Shown here: positions 1 to 13,960 of the stretch, one piece after another
Numbering within the stretch: position 1 is the first letter of the stretch
How the letters are laid out: every line of letters begins with the position of its first letter
NCBI GenBank assembly: GCA_036172245.1
Contig: JAYWIR010000007.1
Location: 992,001 to 1,056,000 of the forward strand
Length of the DNA: 64,000 nt
Direction: 5' to 3'
Origin: Raillietiella orientalis
Lineage: Eukaryota
Made by a program: the position numbers and the translations under genes
Notes under the pieces: model-generated
Database searches by the model: none
Told to the model about the DNA's origin: nothing
The model's input: only the letters and a program-made list of their open reading frames with translations

Positions 1-78
1 AATGCACTGATAATTTCGATTGGAGCACGCACCGAAGTTTTCATCTTTATCATGAACTCGGAGATTATCTGATCGTTC

Positions 79-145
79 TCTCTCTCTCCCTCTCTCTCTC
101 CCTCTCGTTCTCTAAGCCTCCCTCCTCCTCCTCCTCCTCTCCTCC
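79..145. repeat. (CT)n followed by (CCT)n microsatellite
   Basis: Direct reading: ctctctctctccc tctctctctc ... cctcctcctcctcctcctct. Confidence 0.9.
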
Positions 146-3100
146 AAGTTTTCTTCACTGGAACCAACTAATCTGATTTCCGAGACTTTCACTGCTCCAG
201 TACGCCTGTGTCTCATTCACGGCGGCCTCTGTCGGTAATTCCCGGTTAACTTTTAATGCATTGTGCGAAGAATCATCGGATGCTCTGGATCCAAGAGTGT
301 CTCGTGGCCATTTTGCGAGCGTGAGACCTGCGGAAGACCCTCCTCCGGAGGAGAGGTTACTTGGCAAAAATGGACGCCTGGAAAATGACATCCCGGTGGC
401 AAAACAAGCGGACAAAAAAGGGACGGAAGAAAGCAAGATGAACAGCGACCTCGGCAAAGTCCCATCGGTGGAAATTCCTTTCCGGCAGGTCACGAGTACT
501 GGCGCGCGGGGGAGGGTGGCAGGTATCATGAGTCCAGTCTTCAGAGCGGCTGCCGTTCCGAGCAAGCCGTGCCGTCGTGACCTCTCTTCCGCGGAAATCC
601 GTGCCATTATTTTCCTGCCGCGTGACGCAAAAAGCTCGAGGCCTTCCAAGGAGCCTACGCAAGGCTCCGCCTGATCTCTCTAGCGTCGCAGCGCAAGCCG
701 GTAATGTCTGGACCACCGGAGGACGGAGCCGCCGCATCCGTTCATCGGCCCGCGCTGATCCGGGTCTCCTGCGCTGCCTACGAGAAGCCGGTCGGTCCAC
801 CGGAGGAGAAGCAGGCGGAAATAAAGAAAAAAAAAAAAAAAAAAAAAAAACAAGAAGAGCGCACTTCGTCGTCCGCGGATTGATGGTTTGTTGGCAGGGC
901 TGCTGCTGGCAACAGCAGGCGGGATGGAAGTGAGGGAGACGCGCTTTGAAGGGGGGGGGGGATATAAGGAAGAAGAAAAAGAAAAAAAGCGAGGAGGAGA
1001 CTGTAAGATGTGCATCTCGCTCGAGTCTTCTCCTCCCTTTCCTCCCTCAGCTCGAAAACAAGAAGTGGGCGATTAATCAACCGCCCTCGCTCGCCTCTAC
1101 CTTTGGCCGGCATCTAGCAATCGATATCGGTTTCGCTTTCATCCCATCACGTTCGATTTCCAAGAGACGAGGGCTCCGACGGGGCACTCGGGCTGGGAGC
1201 CTCGGCCCGCTGTACCGGGCGGAGCAGAGCACCACTCGATCCTGCGTGGTGCATTCTTCGCGGGTCAGGTGAGCGCGTCGCCCCTGGGGCCTTCCTGAAC
1301 AGGCCGAGCTGCCCGCCGTCGGTCACCTCCACACGGGCCCTTTGAGGAGGCCCGCCTTTTCCTTTCTTTGGTCCCCGACGCGTCGCAAAGACTCCCCGTT
1401 CGCTTTCTCTGACGTCAGCCATCGGGGGTGGCGTAAGGAAGGAGGGAGGGGGAGGGGACTTTGCGCCTCCCTTGCGATCCGGAGAGACACTTCTTGGCTG
1501 TGCCCATGCTTCCTGGGATCCGCGACTCGCCTCGGGCCGCTTGACCGGCGGCAACCTGTCCGGGACGCGGGGAAGCCAGGCGCCTGCCTTTCTCGCTCGC
1601 TCCGGAAAATCCACCCTCGAGTGCCCCAAGCGGAGCGGCATCCTCTCGATCTGTCTTTGGGCGCACTCCTCCTTTCCCGAGGAGAGCCGGGCGCAGGACG
1701 TCTCACGGAGGCTCAGAGCTACCGGGAAAACTCCCCAGGACCTGGCGATGAGTGGGAACTCAAGGTGATGTCAGAGGTGAGCGGAGGGCTGCGGACTGCT
1801 GCCTGGTCGCAGGATTCAAGGCGCGGAAGGAAAGGGAGGGAAGTCTGAAGGTCCTGCGAAAGTCCTGGGTGCACGGTGGGGTGGCGGCGACGAGTCAGCT
1901 GCATGCATCGCGAGGCATGCAGAAATTTCTCCCGGAAAGGGAGGTTGCCTTCTTTGCGTGCCTCCGTTCACGTCCATGGAACAGGCGACCGAGCTGTCAG
2001 GATGCTGCGGAAGGGGACTGAAGACCGAGATCGATGGAGCTGCCCTCCGTCGGCTGGAGGGAGGAGGCAAAGGACGAAGCCGGATGAGGTGGTTCCGCCC
2101 CCGAGAGGCGATTCCCCCCCCCCCCCCTCCGAGAGGTGAGAACGTTCACCCTTATATCCTTGGCGAGCAGCTGTTTTTTTTTCCCTTATGGACGGTGCGG
2201 GCGTTCCCCTGGAGGAGATGCATCCAGGAACGCCTGTGGGCGCGAGGCTGGTCCACGCTTCCTTTCCCTGGACGACGACCTCTTCCTCGACCGCTCTTCC
2301 TCTTTCTCGCAGGGGGAGAGAGGTGCGGAGGCGCGGAGCCCCGTGGGAGGAAGAAGGGAGCAGTCGTCCCGGAGTCCTGCCTCTGCCTGCCGTTCCTCGG
2401 AGACTTCTTCCCCCTGCCGCGGAAGCGGTCGCCGCTCCCTCCTGTGGAACCGTCCGGCGTTTCTCCCGGGCTCCGGGGACTGCGCACAGTGTGCGCCCTT
2501 GCCGCGAGAGGAAGGACGAACCCTCCTCCCACGCCTGCTGCTGCCGCCCGAAGCGAAACTCCTCCGAGCGCAGGCGCGCGCGCTCCGGTGGCTGCCGCGG
2601 AGCGCGTTGCCTCGTCTCCACGTCGCTTCGCAGGCTCGGCGCTGACGGACGGAAAACGGGGCGAACGGCTGGCGGGGGAAAGCGAGCGAGGAAGGGGAGG
2701 AGGAGAGCGAAGCGGGCGCCCCGCGCTGGGCTGGAACTCGCCGCAGGCCACTGCTTCGGAAGCCGCACGCGGGAAGGGGAATGGCGGCGAGGGTGAACAG
2801 GGTCATCCGGAGGAATTGGTGCTCCCCTTCATTCAGGTCGGAGAGGGATCCGGGAGGGCTGGAGCGCTGCTCTCCGGCTCCGGTCTCGCCCAGGGCCGCT
2901 GCGGCTCTTGGGAGAGACGCAGGAAAGGTGTGCACGCCGTCCGGGCCTCCCTGGCCTTCTTTTCGGAGATCCCTCCGGGCACGACTGCGAGGTGGGGAGA
3001 GGGGAGCAGAAGAGGGGACTGGCGGTCACGCCAACGAGGTGCTGGCGGCATCGCCGGAGGGCGTCAAGAAGGCGCGCGACCGCGGCGGTTGGCGGGGACA

Positions 3101-6100
3101 CCTGGAAGTCTTCGGGAAAACCTGGCGAGAGCGTCCCCTCAGGGGCGCAACCGGCGGCTCATCTTCGCCGCCGTCGCTTCGCTCGGAAGGAAGGCGGCAG
3201 GTAAGAAGGATGAGCGAGAGAAGTGGGACGGGAGGGAGAAGGGAGGAGAAAATGTCCCCTTCCCCCTTCTCTCCATCCTCTCTATTCCTCTTATGACGTC
3301 TCTGCAGAGTTGCCCAGAGAGCGACAGCAGATCTCCGAGTCTTTTTCTCACCCCTTTAGTCCAGCTTCCCGGGGACTCCTGCCGGGCAAGCTCGTGGTGC
3401 TTGAACAAATAGATCCGTCTTCTCCGCATCGTCTCCCACCTCACTTGCGCCTTCCAGGTCAGCATCCCAGTCGAGTAGAGGTCGCCCCTGGTCCAGATGG
3501 CCCTGACGGTGGATATCTGGACGTCTCCCCTCACCACAACTTTCTGTTACCTTCACAACAGCTGTCGTTTCACTTCAGGGCACTTGAGTTGGGGTCAGGC
3601 ACGGCCCAAGTCGCCCCCATCTTTCCGCAGCAGCGTTTGCCCACAACGCTGTCCTCCACCCCTTCGGGAGATCGCTACTTCTTCTCCCCCCTTTCCCTTC
3701 GTTTCCCCAGCAACTTCTTCCCCACCTTCTCCCTTTCGCGCCCCTTTGTTCGGATCGTCCCGCACCCTCCTCGCCACGTTCTTGCCCTCGCCCGGATTCC
3801 CCCGTCGGCTGGGGAGCGGCGCCGCTGGCGCTCAGATCGGGTGTTTCCATCCCCTTTTTCTTCGAGTTCTCCTGGTGACTAAGTCGCCTTCTTTCCCACC
3901 GCACCCTCACGGACCTCGGACCGAGGGACGGGAGGGAAGCAAGGACGGGCGTTTCCGAATCCTCGCCGTCGAAAGAAAACGGGATGGGGATCGCCTTTGC
4001 CGCCGATGCACGCGTCCGTGAGGCTATCCCTCGAGGATAGAGCGTCTCCTTCCGGCTTCGCGAGGAGGGGGGGGGACACTCCTCTCACTTCCGCTCCCTC
4101 TCCCCTCCTCTCTTGGATTCCCGCTCGAAGACGAGCCGATCTCCCGGTTCAAGAGCATCTGTGCCTCATTCCGGGTGGTGGGGGGTGGGACTGCGTGGTG
4201 ACGCCCTGCTTCTCGTCGGGAGCGACGGGAGGGCGCACGCACTAGTTCGCCCAGGGGTACCCCGTCCTGCCCTTCCCGTCGGTCAGTTTCCTCGGCCACG
4301 GATCGCGTAATTCGCCGCGTGAATCCCACGATCGTGCCGCAGACCGGGTGTCCGCGTCGGCGGGCCAGAGCCGCTGCCAACGGGGAAGGGAGAGAGCCTC
4401 CGGGAACGGGGGAGATGGACCTAGCGGTGCAGGCGGAAGTGGAACCGCCCGAATCTCCTCCCTCTGCTTGCTTGCCTTCCTGACTTTTCTCCCCCTTCTC
4501 CATCCCTCCTCCTCCTCCCTCCTCGCCCTCTCTTCGAGATCACGGATTTGCCCGTCCTTCCGTGTCGCCGGCAAGGGTGCTTTGCGCAGGCGCCACCGCT
4601 CCATGCACGAGCTGCCTGGACCATGAAGATGCGCAGTGGCGCGCAACTCTCAGGAGTGTCTCGGCTGCCGAGAGGGGGAGGTCCCGAGCGGCCTCGGCCG
4701 AAGATCGCTGCGCCACTTTCCAGTCTCCGCCGTCCTCGCAAGCTGCTCAGAAGAACTTCCTGCGGGACCTTCCCGCGGAAGCACCTGCGCCGCGGGAGAA
4801 GCGTCTCAGGAGGAGGAGGAGGAGGGAAAGGGGATAAAGAGGATTCGGGAACCACCCGCTGACGGCTCCAAGGGACCGATGGTGGAGACTCGAGATGCTG
4901 TACTCCATTTCCCGGGCGGCGACGCTCCGAGACGAAGGAGGGAGCAGTTCGGTTGCTGCTCTCTGGCGTGCTGCGTCCCGGGTGGCGTGGCTCCAGGATC
5001 TCTCGGCAGGGGAGCGCGGAGATTCCCTCCTTGTCGGCCAATTCCGGGAGCTCGGCTGGCTCGAGGGCAGTCCTGGAAGACACTCTTGGGTGAAGAGGAA
5101 TGGGGAGACCTGCAGGTCTCGGAGCACGGGGCGGGGCTCCTTCGACGAACCATCCGTGTGTGAGGGAGCTGCGCCCTGCTGCTGCTGCTGCTGCCGTTTC
5201 ACCCTCCGGAGCGTATCCTCGTTGACTCCTGCCGCTTTCTCCGTGGGGGAATGCGAGCTATCCCAAGGCGCAGGGGAAGGGGAGGAACCCAAGTTACCCA
5301 TCCCCTCTCGCCTTCTGCGCCTCCGGCGGAGCGGTGTCAGAGGAGGAAAAGTGAAATTCTCAGTAGTCGGTCAAGAGGGTGGGGGATGTGCAGCGGCGTT
5401 CTGTCCAGGCTCGAGGAAGGGACGCCCCCTTCCGGGGGTGGCTGGCGCAGACAGGATGGTCGAGGCAGCTGGGAAGGCAGGCGAATTCTCGGGAGAAGAA
5501 GGCCTCCAAAAGGACTCCTCCCTCTCCATCCAAAGATCCTCCTTTCCTGACGAAGGGACACGTGGCCAACCGGCTTCCGACCCCTGGACCCTCACGGAGA
5601 GGGAGGACGGTTGAAATGGGACGTTTCGCGCGTTCCGAAAGGAACCCCCTCTTATCCCTCGCTCAAGAAACTGGCGGCCGAGAACGGCAGGAGGAGGACA
5701 GAAAGGGCTAGGAGGGGAAAAAGCGGGGCGATCTTCCCGGGAGTCCAGGAAGGGCGGAAGGAAGCCGTCCGTCCGTCCGCGCACTGCGCTCGAGGCCTCT
5801 GAGCTTCCCTTGAGGGCGGGAACGCGGCGCCACGCGTCGTTCTCGGAGCGCCCGGGGCGAAGAAAGATGGGGGAGCCGATGACCTCCTTGCTCCGGAGGG
5901 CAGCAGTCCCTGCACGTCCCGGCCCCGCTGCCAGGCAAGGGCCGGGTCGCTTCCCTTCCACCGGCGGCTGTGGAAGGGTCTCAGGGCCGACGCGCCGGAG
6001 ACGGTGAGCACTGGACCGTACGCGCACCTTGGGACCCTGCTCGTAGGCGCTCCGATCGGCTCCCGGAGGGAATGTGCCTCTCCCGCGCGTGGAGATCCAC

Positions 6101-7299
6101 CCCGCCTTCTCTCTCTCCCCGATTGCGCCGAGGGTGCGTTCGGGAGGACTAGCGGCTGGAAACAAAACCTCACGGGGTGCGGTCGCTGAAGAAGCCCGGA
6201 GGGGTGGGACAGCCCCCCCGTCCCTTCCGGAACGCTGCGAGAGCTCCCTGCGCTTCCTGCGGAGCAACGGGAGTCTCGCGGCTGTTCCTCCTCCGGGAGG
6301 GAAGACGCCCTTCGAGTCGCGGCTGCCCGGAGAGGAGGCCCAGCTCCTTCGGCTTCTCCTTCCTGGTGTCCCTGCCGAGCGCGTCTCGGGGAGCAAGCTG
6401 GTCCCTTGCGTCTTCCCCATCAAGCGCACCTCCCCCTTCCAAAGGTGTCCAGAGAGGGTCCAGAGAGAAAAAAAACGAGGGAGGAGAGGGAAAATAAGCA
6501 ACTCCAGGGAGTCCAGGTCGATTCCTCCTCCCGATTCCCCGTCCACGCTTCCCAGCTCCTTTGACGCTCTCACATGAAAGGGGGGGAGGGGACGGCAACG
6601 GCGGAGACCGAGAACTTCGTGGTGGACTCGGCGCTAAACCTCCCTCCCCCACCCTCCTTCTTTCCTTCCTTCCTTCCTTCTCGGAGGGGGAAGGCCGCAA
6701 GAGGGCGGCGAGGAGGTGGTTGCCGTGGAGATGTAAGGGAGGTCCGCGGACGCCCCTCGCTGGATCGAAGATCCCATCTTCAGGGGAGGGCGAGGTGCGT
6801 TTGTCTGGAACACGACGCCCTCTTCGTCTTCCTCCGGAGCCAAAGGACAAAAAAGGAGGGATGGAAAGAAAGAAGGAAGCAAGCAGCAGCAGTAGCGGCA
6901 CGGGCAGGGAAGGAGGGGGGGGGGGTTCCGGCGCCGGAGGCTTTCGCCGGCGGAAGCCGAGCGGATCGAAGATCCGAGACCGGAGAAAACCAGAGCGCAG
7001 GCCGGAGGGAGGGAAGCTGCTGGCCGTGTGCAGCCGGTCGCACTTTCGGTTTCATCTTCTTCGGACAGTGAGGAGGAGTAGGAGGGGCAAGCTGGGAGGA
7101 TGAGCCGCCCTGCGGTCCCGGAGGGAGCTTCCGCCCGCAGCTGCTGGCATTCGTGTTTCGCGACAGCCTCCTCCCCCCCCTTTCCTCTCTCTCCTCCTCC
7201 ACCCCCCTTTCAGCTCCCCTTACCCCCCCCGGGACTGGAGCTTTTCGGTCGGTCGGCCAGCGCTGCAGGGACTAGCACCAGCGCGAGCGAGCGCAGTTG

Positions 7300-8450
7300 C
7301 GCGGTGCATCCTCCGCCCACCGTCCCTCGCGGTCTCCCGCGTCCGGCTGCCGCTCCAGCGCGCGTGCGCAGTAGGTCAGCTCCATTTGCGAGAGCCCCCC
7401 GGGCGAGGGTGAGGAGAGGGGGGAGGGAGGGGGAATGAGGCTGAAGCGCGCCGACCGAGTTTGTCTTTCCATTTGGCGTTTCACTTTCTCTTCCTCTTCC
7501 TCCCCCCCTCCTCCCCCCCTCTTCCGCCGCCGCCGCCTGCGCACTCCACCGCGAAGCGAAGAGGCGCGCGCGCGCGCGCGCGCTTGAGGCTGGACAGCCG
7601 CTCGCGAGATGCGAGGAGGAGGAGAAGGAGGGGGGGAAGGAGGGAGGAAGGAAGGCGCTCGCGCTCGCATCGGTCTCGGGATGGGGAAGTGAGGAGCGGG
7701 GGAGGAGGAGGAGGAGGGAAGAGAAAAGAGGGGGAGACGGAGGGGAAGGCGGCCCGCTTCGTCGCCGAGACGCCTTCCCTCCCTTCACGCGCCGCCATCA
7801 CCCCTCCTCCGCGCATGCGCTCACGCGGGGCGTCTCGACTGTTGCTGCTGCCAGTCCGAGGCGTCGTTGCCGTGACGCCATCGTCGCGCGAACGCTCCCA
7901 TGCGCGAGTACCGGAAGCGGCGCTCGTATCTCCGCTCTTCCGGAAGTTCTCCCGGCGCGCGCCGTGCAGGGGGGGGGGAAGGAGAATGCGAGGGGGGGGG
8001 GGAAGGGAAAGGATGAACGGAGGCTCTGAACGTGGGCAGCGACGACCACCCCTCCCCTTCCTACCCCGCTGGCGAGAGCAGCGAGGAGGGAACGCGCCCT
8101 CTCTCCCGCTCTCCTTATCCTCCTCGTTGCCGTCGTCGTCGGGAGCAGAACTCTTCCCGCCTCCCCTTCGACCTCCCCCTTAGACCGGTTCTTCCCTTTG
8201 TTCCCATCCTCTCCCCTGGCTCCGGGAAGACCCCCGTTCGCATCTTTCTTTCCTCCTCCTCCTCTCCCACCCCGTTTTCTCCATCGATCGGGAGGCGAGT
8301 GGAGACCGACCGGCAAGCTACTGCCGGACCCATCCATCCCTCTTCCCCCCTCCCCCTCCTCACCCGCACCTGACCTGCATCTCGCCCTTTCGGATCAGAG
8401 CTGTACTGCGCCTGCGCTGCAGCGGCCGCCGCCTCTTCGTCCGATGGTCC
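7300..8450. promoter_or_regulatory. CpG-island-like putative promoter with NRF1/Ewg- and ETS-type motifs
   Basis: Very CpG-dense. Perfect GCGCATGCGC at 7811-7820, ACTGCGCCTGCGC at 8405-8417, CCGGAAG at 7911-7917, palindromic CTTCCGGAAG at 7937-7946, (GC)10 at 7564-7583. A minus-strand donor-like GG|gtaagg lies near 7222. Promoter function is inferred. Confidence 0.35.
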
Positions 8451-9399
8451 GTGTTGGTTGGGGAAAGCGCGGAAGAAGGAACGGGAAACGGAACGGCGCC
8501 CCCCTGCGGGTTGCCGCGGGCAGAGAGGCGTGGAAACAAAACAGTGTGTTTAATGTTTAAAAAGAGCCACGTGCGCCGCGAGGCACGCGATCGGCTCTGA
8601 GGTACTTAGCAAACCAAAAAAAAGAAAACTCTTAAAAAAAAAAAGCTGGAAGGAAAACAGCGAAGACAGAAGAAAAAGGAACGGGAAAGAGAGAAGGCAG
8701 TTGGTCGCGCGACTATTCCTCCATCTCCCTCCCCCCTTTCCCCCCCATTTCTTCCTGCTCCTCCCCCCTCGGTCTCGGGCGCTGCTGTGCTGCTGGATAG
8801 ACGTGGGGCGGCGAGTTTCCTTCCTTTCTCCCCCGTCCCTCCCACCTCTTCCCTCATCGCAACCGTGTCCCCCTGCTGCTGTGTCTCGGTGAGATGCATG
8901 GGAGACGCTTGAGGCGCGGCCGGACGGGACTCCCACCTCCATGCGACGGCTTCTCCATGGAGATGCCGTGGGACTCTTTTCGGGGCCGAGACGGCGTCTC
9001 TAGCCCAGATCCTCGAAGGCATCACTTCCTCCTCCCCCTTCCGGAAGGGGAGCAGGGCAGGTGGCGAAGGGGTAGCGCTGCCTCCCCCCGCTTCCGGGCA
9101 TGAAGACCATGCAGATTCCATTGGAAGGGGGCTTGGAATGCGGACGGCCCGGAGGGAGGGAGCCTCCCTCCTTCCGGGAGAGCCTCCTCCCTCGCCCCTT
9201 CATCTCCATCTTTCGGGCACGGGAGGGAGGGATCTCGGGCTGCAGGGAAACCCGAGGGGGCTTCCTCTCTGGTCCTCAGCCCCTTCCTTCCCCGGAGAGG
9301 CTCCTCGTCCCTCTTCGAGGGAGCCGTGCCAGCAGGGAAGGTGGGGGAGCCAAATCGCCAGTCGGAAAGGCGTTCCGGGGGAACTGCGCCTGCCGCCCG

Positions 9400-12300
9400 T
9401 GCCAGGGCATAGGAGGGCGGAGGTGGAGACGGGGAACTCAAGGTCGGCCCTTCCCGCCTTGGTGACCGACGGAGGAAGGGCTCCCGCCATCACCTCGCCT
9501 CCTGGGGGCCGTCCACCTCCGGGACATTCCTTCAGGAGGCTGCAGAGATGGATGATCGCTCGCTCACCCTCGAGGAGGTGAATAAAGACAAGGGCGGGAC
9601 TCTGTTCGGGGGAGGCGCCTTCCGACGAGGACCGACCCGGACTCCGATGAGCTCCCGGAGAATCCATGGCGACCGCCCCCGACGGATGCATTCTCCGGGC
9701 GTCGGGCAGCGCGGCGCTCTGCGAGATAAGAAGAGGATGGGCGAGGGATAAGAATGGCGGATGACTCCTCCGGGTAGGTAGTTTTATGTAGGATCCGTGG
9801 AGAACGGGTAGATGACGACCTCCCCCCATCAGATCCTGGGGACGGCGTGCCTGCCGCTCCTTCTGGGATGAGCGCGCGCATCCTGGTCTGGATGGCCCCT
9901 TGGCGGTCGCCGTAGCCTCCCTTCTCCCTTGCGGATCGTCCTCCTCTCTAGGGCACTCTTGGTGCAGGAGTAGGATGCTTGGGAAGCGGCACGCATCCCG
10001 CCTCCTTGATGCCTGGAAAACTCTGGAACTTCCCAGCTCCCGGGTTTTCCAGGGGCGCAAAGGAATCGCTTCCGGATAGCAGAAGAGGAGGATCGTAAAA
10101 GGGGAGGGAGATAGAGCGTGTCACTCCTGATGATCGCCTTCGCCGTCCTGGAGAGGCGTTCCCAAAATCGACGCTTTCGCGCTTTCCCAGATGGTCAGCA
10201 GATACTTACGTGGACCCTCTGTCCACTCCCCTGAGCCACATGCAGCTTCCAGAGCAGAGGGGGAGGGGAAAAAGATGGTCTCCAGGAAGAGACCATCTCA
10301 GAGCACTCCCCCGTCTCCCAAGTGGTCTCCGTTATTCCAGGCACAGGAGGAACTCACTATCCTACCTCTTCCCCCCCTCTCTTCCTTGGGTCTCTGACCT
10401 GGAAGGTGCGCATGGTCGCAGGCCCGGGACACCGAGCGCTCCCTGACATTCGTCTTTCTTCTGGAGGGCCTCGGCCCGCAAAGGGTACAGGGCGCATCCT
10501 GTTCCTACTGGCCCCTCTCCTATTCCCGTATCGCATTCGCAGGGAACGCCCCAGGGAGATGCGAAGAGGACGAAATATCCTCCGCGATTCCATTTTTGGG
10601 GTAGCGAACGTCCGGAGGGGACAGGGATGGTGCTGAGTCTCCTGTCTGGGAGGCGGCTGCTGCTGGCGCGGAGCTCTCGAGCGGGGGGTCCTTAGGCCGG
10701 GCTGGACCACGAATTCCCGGATTGAAGCGCGAATCGACGGCCACCTCCCCTCGTCAGGCGATTCTTCCTTCCCGCGGGGGTTCTGGCGAAGGCAGAAGGG
10801 AGGAACGTTCCCTGCGGGTGCCAAGTCGGGAGTTCCAGAGGCGCGAGCTGCCAACAGCACTTTCGGAAGATCTCCGGGAGAATGCATCTCGCCACCCGCT
10901 TTGTGGGTCTGTAGGGCAGCAAGCCTGGAGGTGCGCTGCCGTCGCACCAGCAAGCCACCAGCCGTTTCTCGGTCCAGCGGCTCCCGCTCGACGTCTCCCG
11001 GGAGCAGCTGCGCCAAGCGTTCCTCCACCTTAACTCTCTTCTTCGTTTACTGTCCGCAACTTCCTTTACTGAGCCATCCGCGTCGCCCCTGTCGCCGCCA
11101 CCAGAAAGGAAGGGCACCGAAGGCTGGACGTGGGTGTTGGGATCTGCCCACCCCGCGTCTTCGGATGTACTCACCGGTGGAGGACGCTTCCGAGACGCGT
11201 CGCTCCCTACAGCGCCGCAGTGGGTGGGTTGCTCGTGAAGCTGGGGTATCGCCGTCCAGTGCTCGTCTGGATCGCGGCAAGTCGCATCGGCTGCTGTGTC
11301 GCGATGAAGTTGCCCAGCAGCGGCTGGAGTTCCTGACCTGCGAGCCGTTCTTGTTTCTCCTGCCTTTGGACTCCGAAAGACGAATCGGATTCGGGAGCCG
11401 CACGTACCTTCCGCCGCGGTCCGACAAAAGATCCAATATACCAGCTTCACTCCGAAAGGAAAAGGGGAACCTCGCACTTCCAGACCAGTGCTGCCCGCTA
11501 GCACCCCTCACGTTTGGCCACCGCAGCTTCCTTTGCTGCTACTGGCTTTGGCAGGTCGAAAGAGAAGCAGGGAATTCGACTTTCATCGGAGCGACGTACC
11601 ACGATGGAGAAGACAGGTCAACTGCAAGGCAACAGGGCGGCACTTCTCGAGTGTCCTGTTGAGGTGAACAGCACTCGATCGAGTGCCGTCGTCCAAGAGG
11701 ACGCCTGTGGTTCAGATGGCGCTTTCGCCTTGCATCGTTGAGCACTTCGTCGCGCACTTCGGAGCACGTGGAGAGGTGCATGGGTCCGTGGGGGCCTTGC
11801 AGAAGATTCCGAGATGCTTTCGGGGTCTTGAGCACAGAGACGCAAGTCGGACACGTTCTCAAGGTAGAGGAAGGAGACTCCTGGTCGCCGGAAGCGACAT
11901 TTTCGATGTTGCACTGGTTGAGAAGAGAGAGAGAGGAGTTGCGAAACGCAGCCGTTCCTCAACCCTCAGAGCATGATCCTCACGAGCAGCTGCCATCATC
12001 AAACGGCTGCCCGTCATTTTCGAGGGTTTCGCTGCATTCGGAGTTGGGGACGTTCTCGTGAGATCGGCGGGAATGTTGAAATTCAAGGAGGCTCAGATGG
12101 AAAATGGAAAGAAAACAGGACAAAGATTGCTTGCTCCGGTCGATGGTGACTTTTGCTGGTGGGTAGGAAGCTTGATCACCAGGCCAAAGGGAATCCCACC
12201 TTCTGACGAGGACACCTGTGTCTGCTAGCTGCTCTCGCGAATGAAACCTCTGGCGACGATGCTGCGATCTTCAGTTCCCGCTTTCCCTTCCGGAAAACCT

Positions 12301-13960
12301 TGCTCCTGCGGGAAATCTGGATTCCTCGAACAAAGGCGCCCCTCCCTCCCATACCAGCCGCCCGCCGCTGCTACCCATCGGATATGAGGGAGAAAAAGGT
12401 GCTGCTGGAAAGCGTTGAGGCACCACCTCTCTGGAAGGCACCTCTTTGGCTCTTGCGTGCGTGCTGCGCGCGCGCAAGAGGTGTCAGAGGTGCTCTGCAA
12501 TCTCTTGGAGCGCTCGGCAGTCGACCGACGTTTCGCAGCTCTCAGTACTCAGCTTTGGGGATGCTCGAGTCCTTCTCCTGACGACTAGATGTCCAGACAG
12601 GGACGATGCGCGGACGCGAACTTTCCCTCTCCTCTTCCGAGTAGCCATCCCTCCCAGAGTCGGCCTCTCTACTATGTATCCCCTCCTACCTCCTCTCTCC
12701 GTGAGCACGGAAGTAGCGCGGACACTAGGCAAGCAGCGGCCGTTCCGTTGCCTCGGCGACCTTCTCCCCCCTCCTGCAGCGGCAGCATCGCCGAAGACGG
12801 TTCCTCTGCGTCCCTCCCCTTTTCACAGAACGGATAGAACCCAGGGCTCTTTTTCGGAGACGCAGGAAAGGAGACTTCTTTCTGATTCGAGTCCAGGTCA
12901 GATAGCAGGAGGAGGGAAGAAGGCTCGAGGTGTCACGAAGGTGACGGACGCTTCAAGGACGCGTGGCGCTACCGCCGCGCCGCTTCACTGCCGGCTCCTT
13001 CAGCTGCCATTCCTCGGATGCGCGCTCCTGGAGGAACTCAGGGATCCCAGGCGACGTCCATCGATGGACCCACAGCCATTCTTGAGCCCAATCAGATACT
13101 TCGGCGATTCCAAGCAAAACTTGGGTAAAAGGGAGCAACTGTAGACTACGCGTGCAGGATGTGTTCGCGGGAGCACAGGAAAAAAATCGGAGCGACAGTT
13201 GATAATGCTGACCAGCCTGAAATCCCCATCTTTAGTTATAGGATGCTGATTCTGGATTTTCGCGTCGCTGCCAAATCCCTCGCTTCGTTTGCTTCCTCTC
13301 AGTGAAGGATTCTTTGCACCACACTTCCCATTCCTTCGGCTCCAGCAGATCTAACGCTGGTCGGAAACTCAAGGAATCCCTACACCCTCGACGTTCACCT
13401 TCAATGGCACTCTTCTTTCCATCCAATGTTTGTTTACCCGCGATGCCGCGCGTGGCTGCCCTTTGCAGCATTGCAGTCTACTGAGATAGTTTTCGAGGTG
13501 TGAAGCGAAAACACGTGCCTCGTTTTTTTAAGTGGCATCTTTTGCTTCTCTATCGAAGATGAAAGATCGGCGCAGCGGAATGAAGAGCGACTCGGAGAAT
13601 AGGAATCGTAAGCAACACAAGAATCCAGGAATTGGCTTTTGCAGTGGGGGATCTCACAGGCACACGAACTTCTGTGAAGAGCCAAATCCGTGATGAAGAG
13701 TGCACGAAAAAACACTGTCCCCCTCAAAATGCTGGAATAACTAAGATCACGAAGCATGTGAGATGCAAGTTATTTGCTCTCTACGTACTATGTGTAAACC
13801 GTTTTTGAGCGTGCTCATTGATATATATCTGCTCGCAGTTGCTATATGTGCCTCCATTTCTATCTTGAAATGCTTACAAGCAGATCCATTTTAATTTTTG
13901 CAAAAGATTCACTTGCTTCTTCTTCCTTAATGGTCTCTTGTTCGGAATGCCATTCCTTTC
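9400..13960 (-). CDS. Tentative multi-exon gene, low-complexity product of unknown function
   Basis: Repeated minus-strand donors (gtaagc ~13877, gtacgt ~11598, gtgagt ~11173, gtcaga ~10398, gtaagt ~10208, gtgagc ~9567). One phase-compatible chain is ~11912-11599 (CNIENV...SPSW), ~11337-11174 (SGTPAAAG...RPPP), 11028-10399 (VEERLAQLLPGDVEREPLDRE...RTFQ). No domain recognised; some acceptors are weak and the ends are uncertain. Confidence 0.3.

Noticed and set aside
3290..3910. Exon-like minus-strand segments (KVVVRGDVQISTVRAIWTRGDLYSTG...)
   Set aside because: Donor-like sites exist, but I could not build a consistent chain or recognise a product
155..9500. Many long overlapping ORFs (e.g. 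1958-3412, 5371-6573)
   Set aside because: R/G/P/S-rich, open in several frames on both strands and without domains; expected from stop-codon scarcity at high GC
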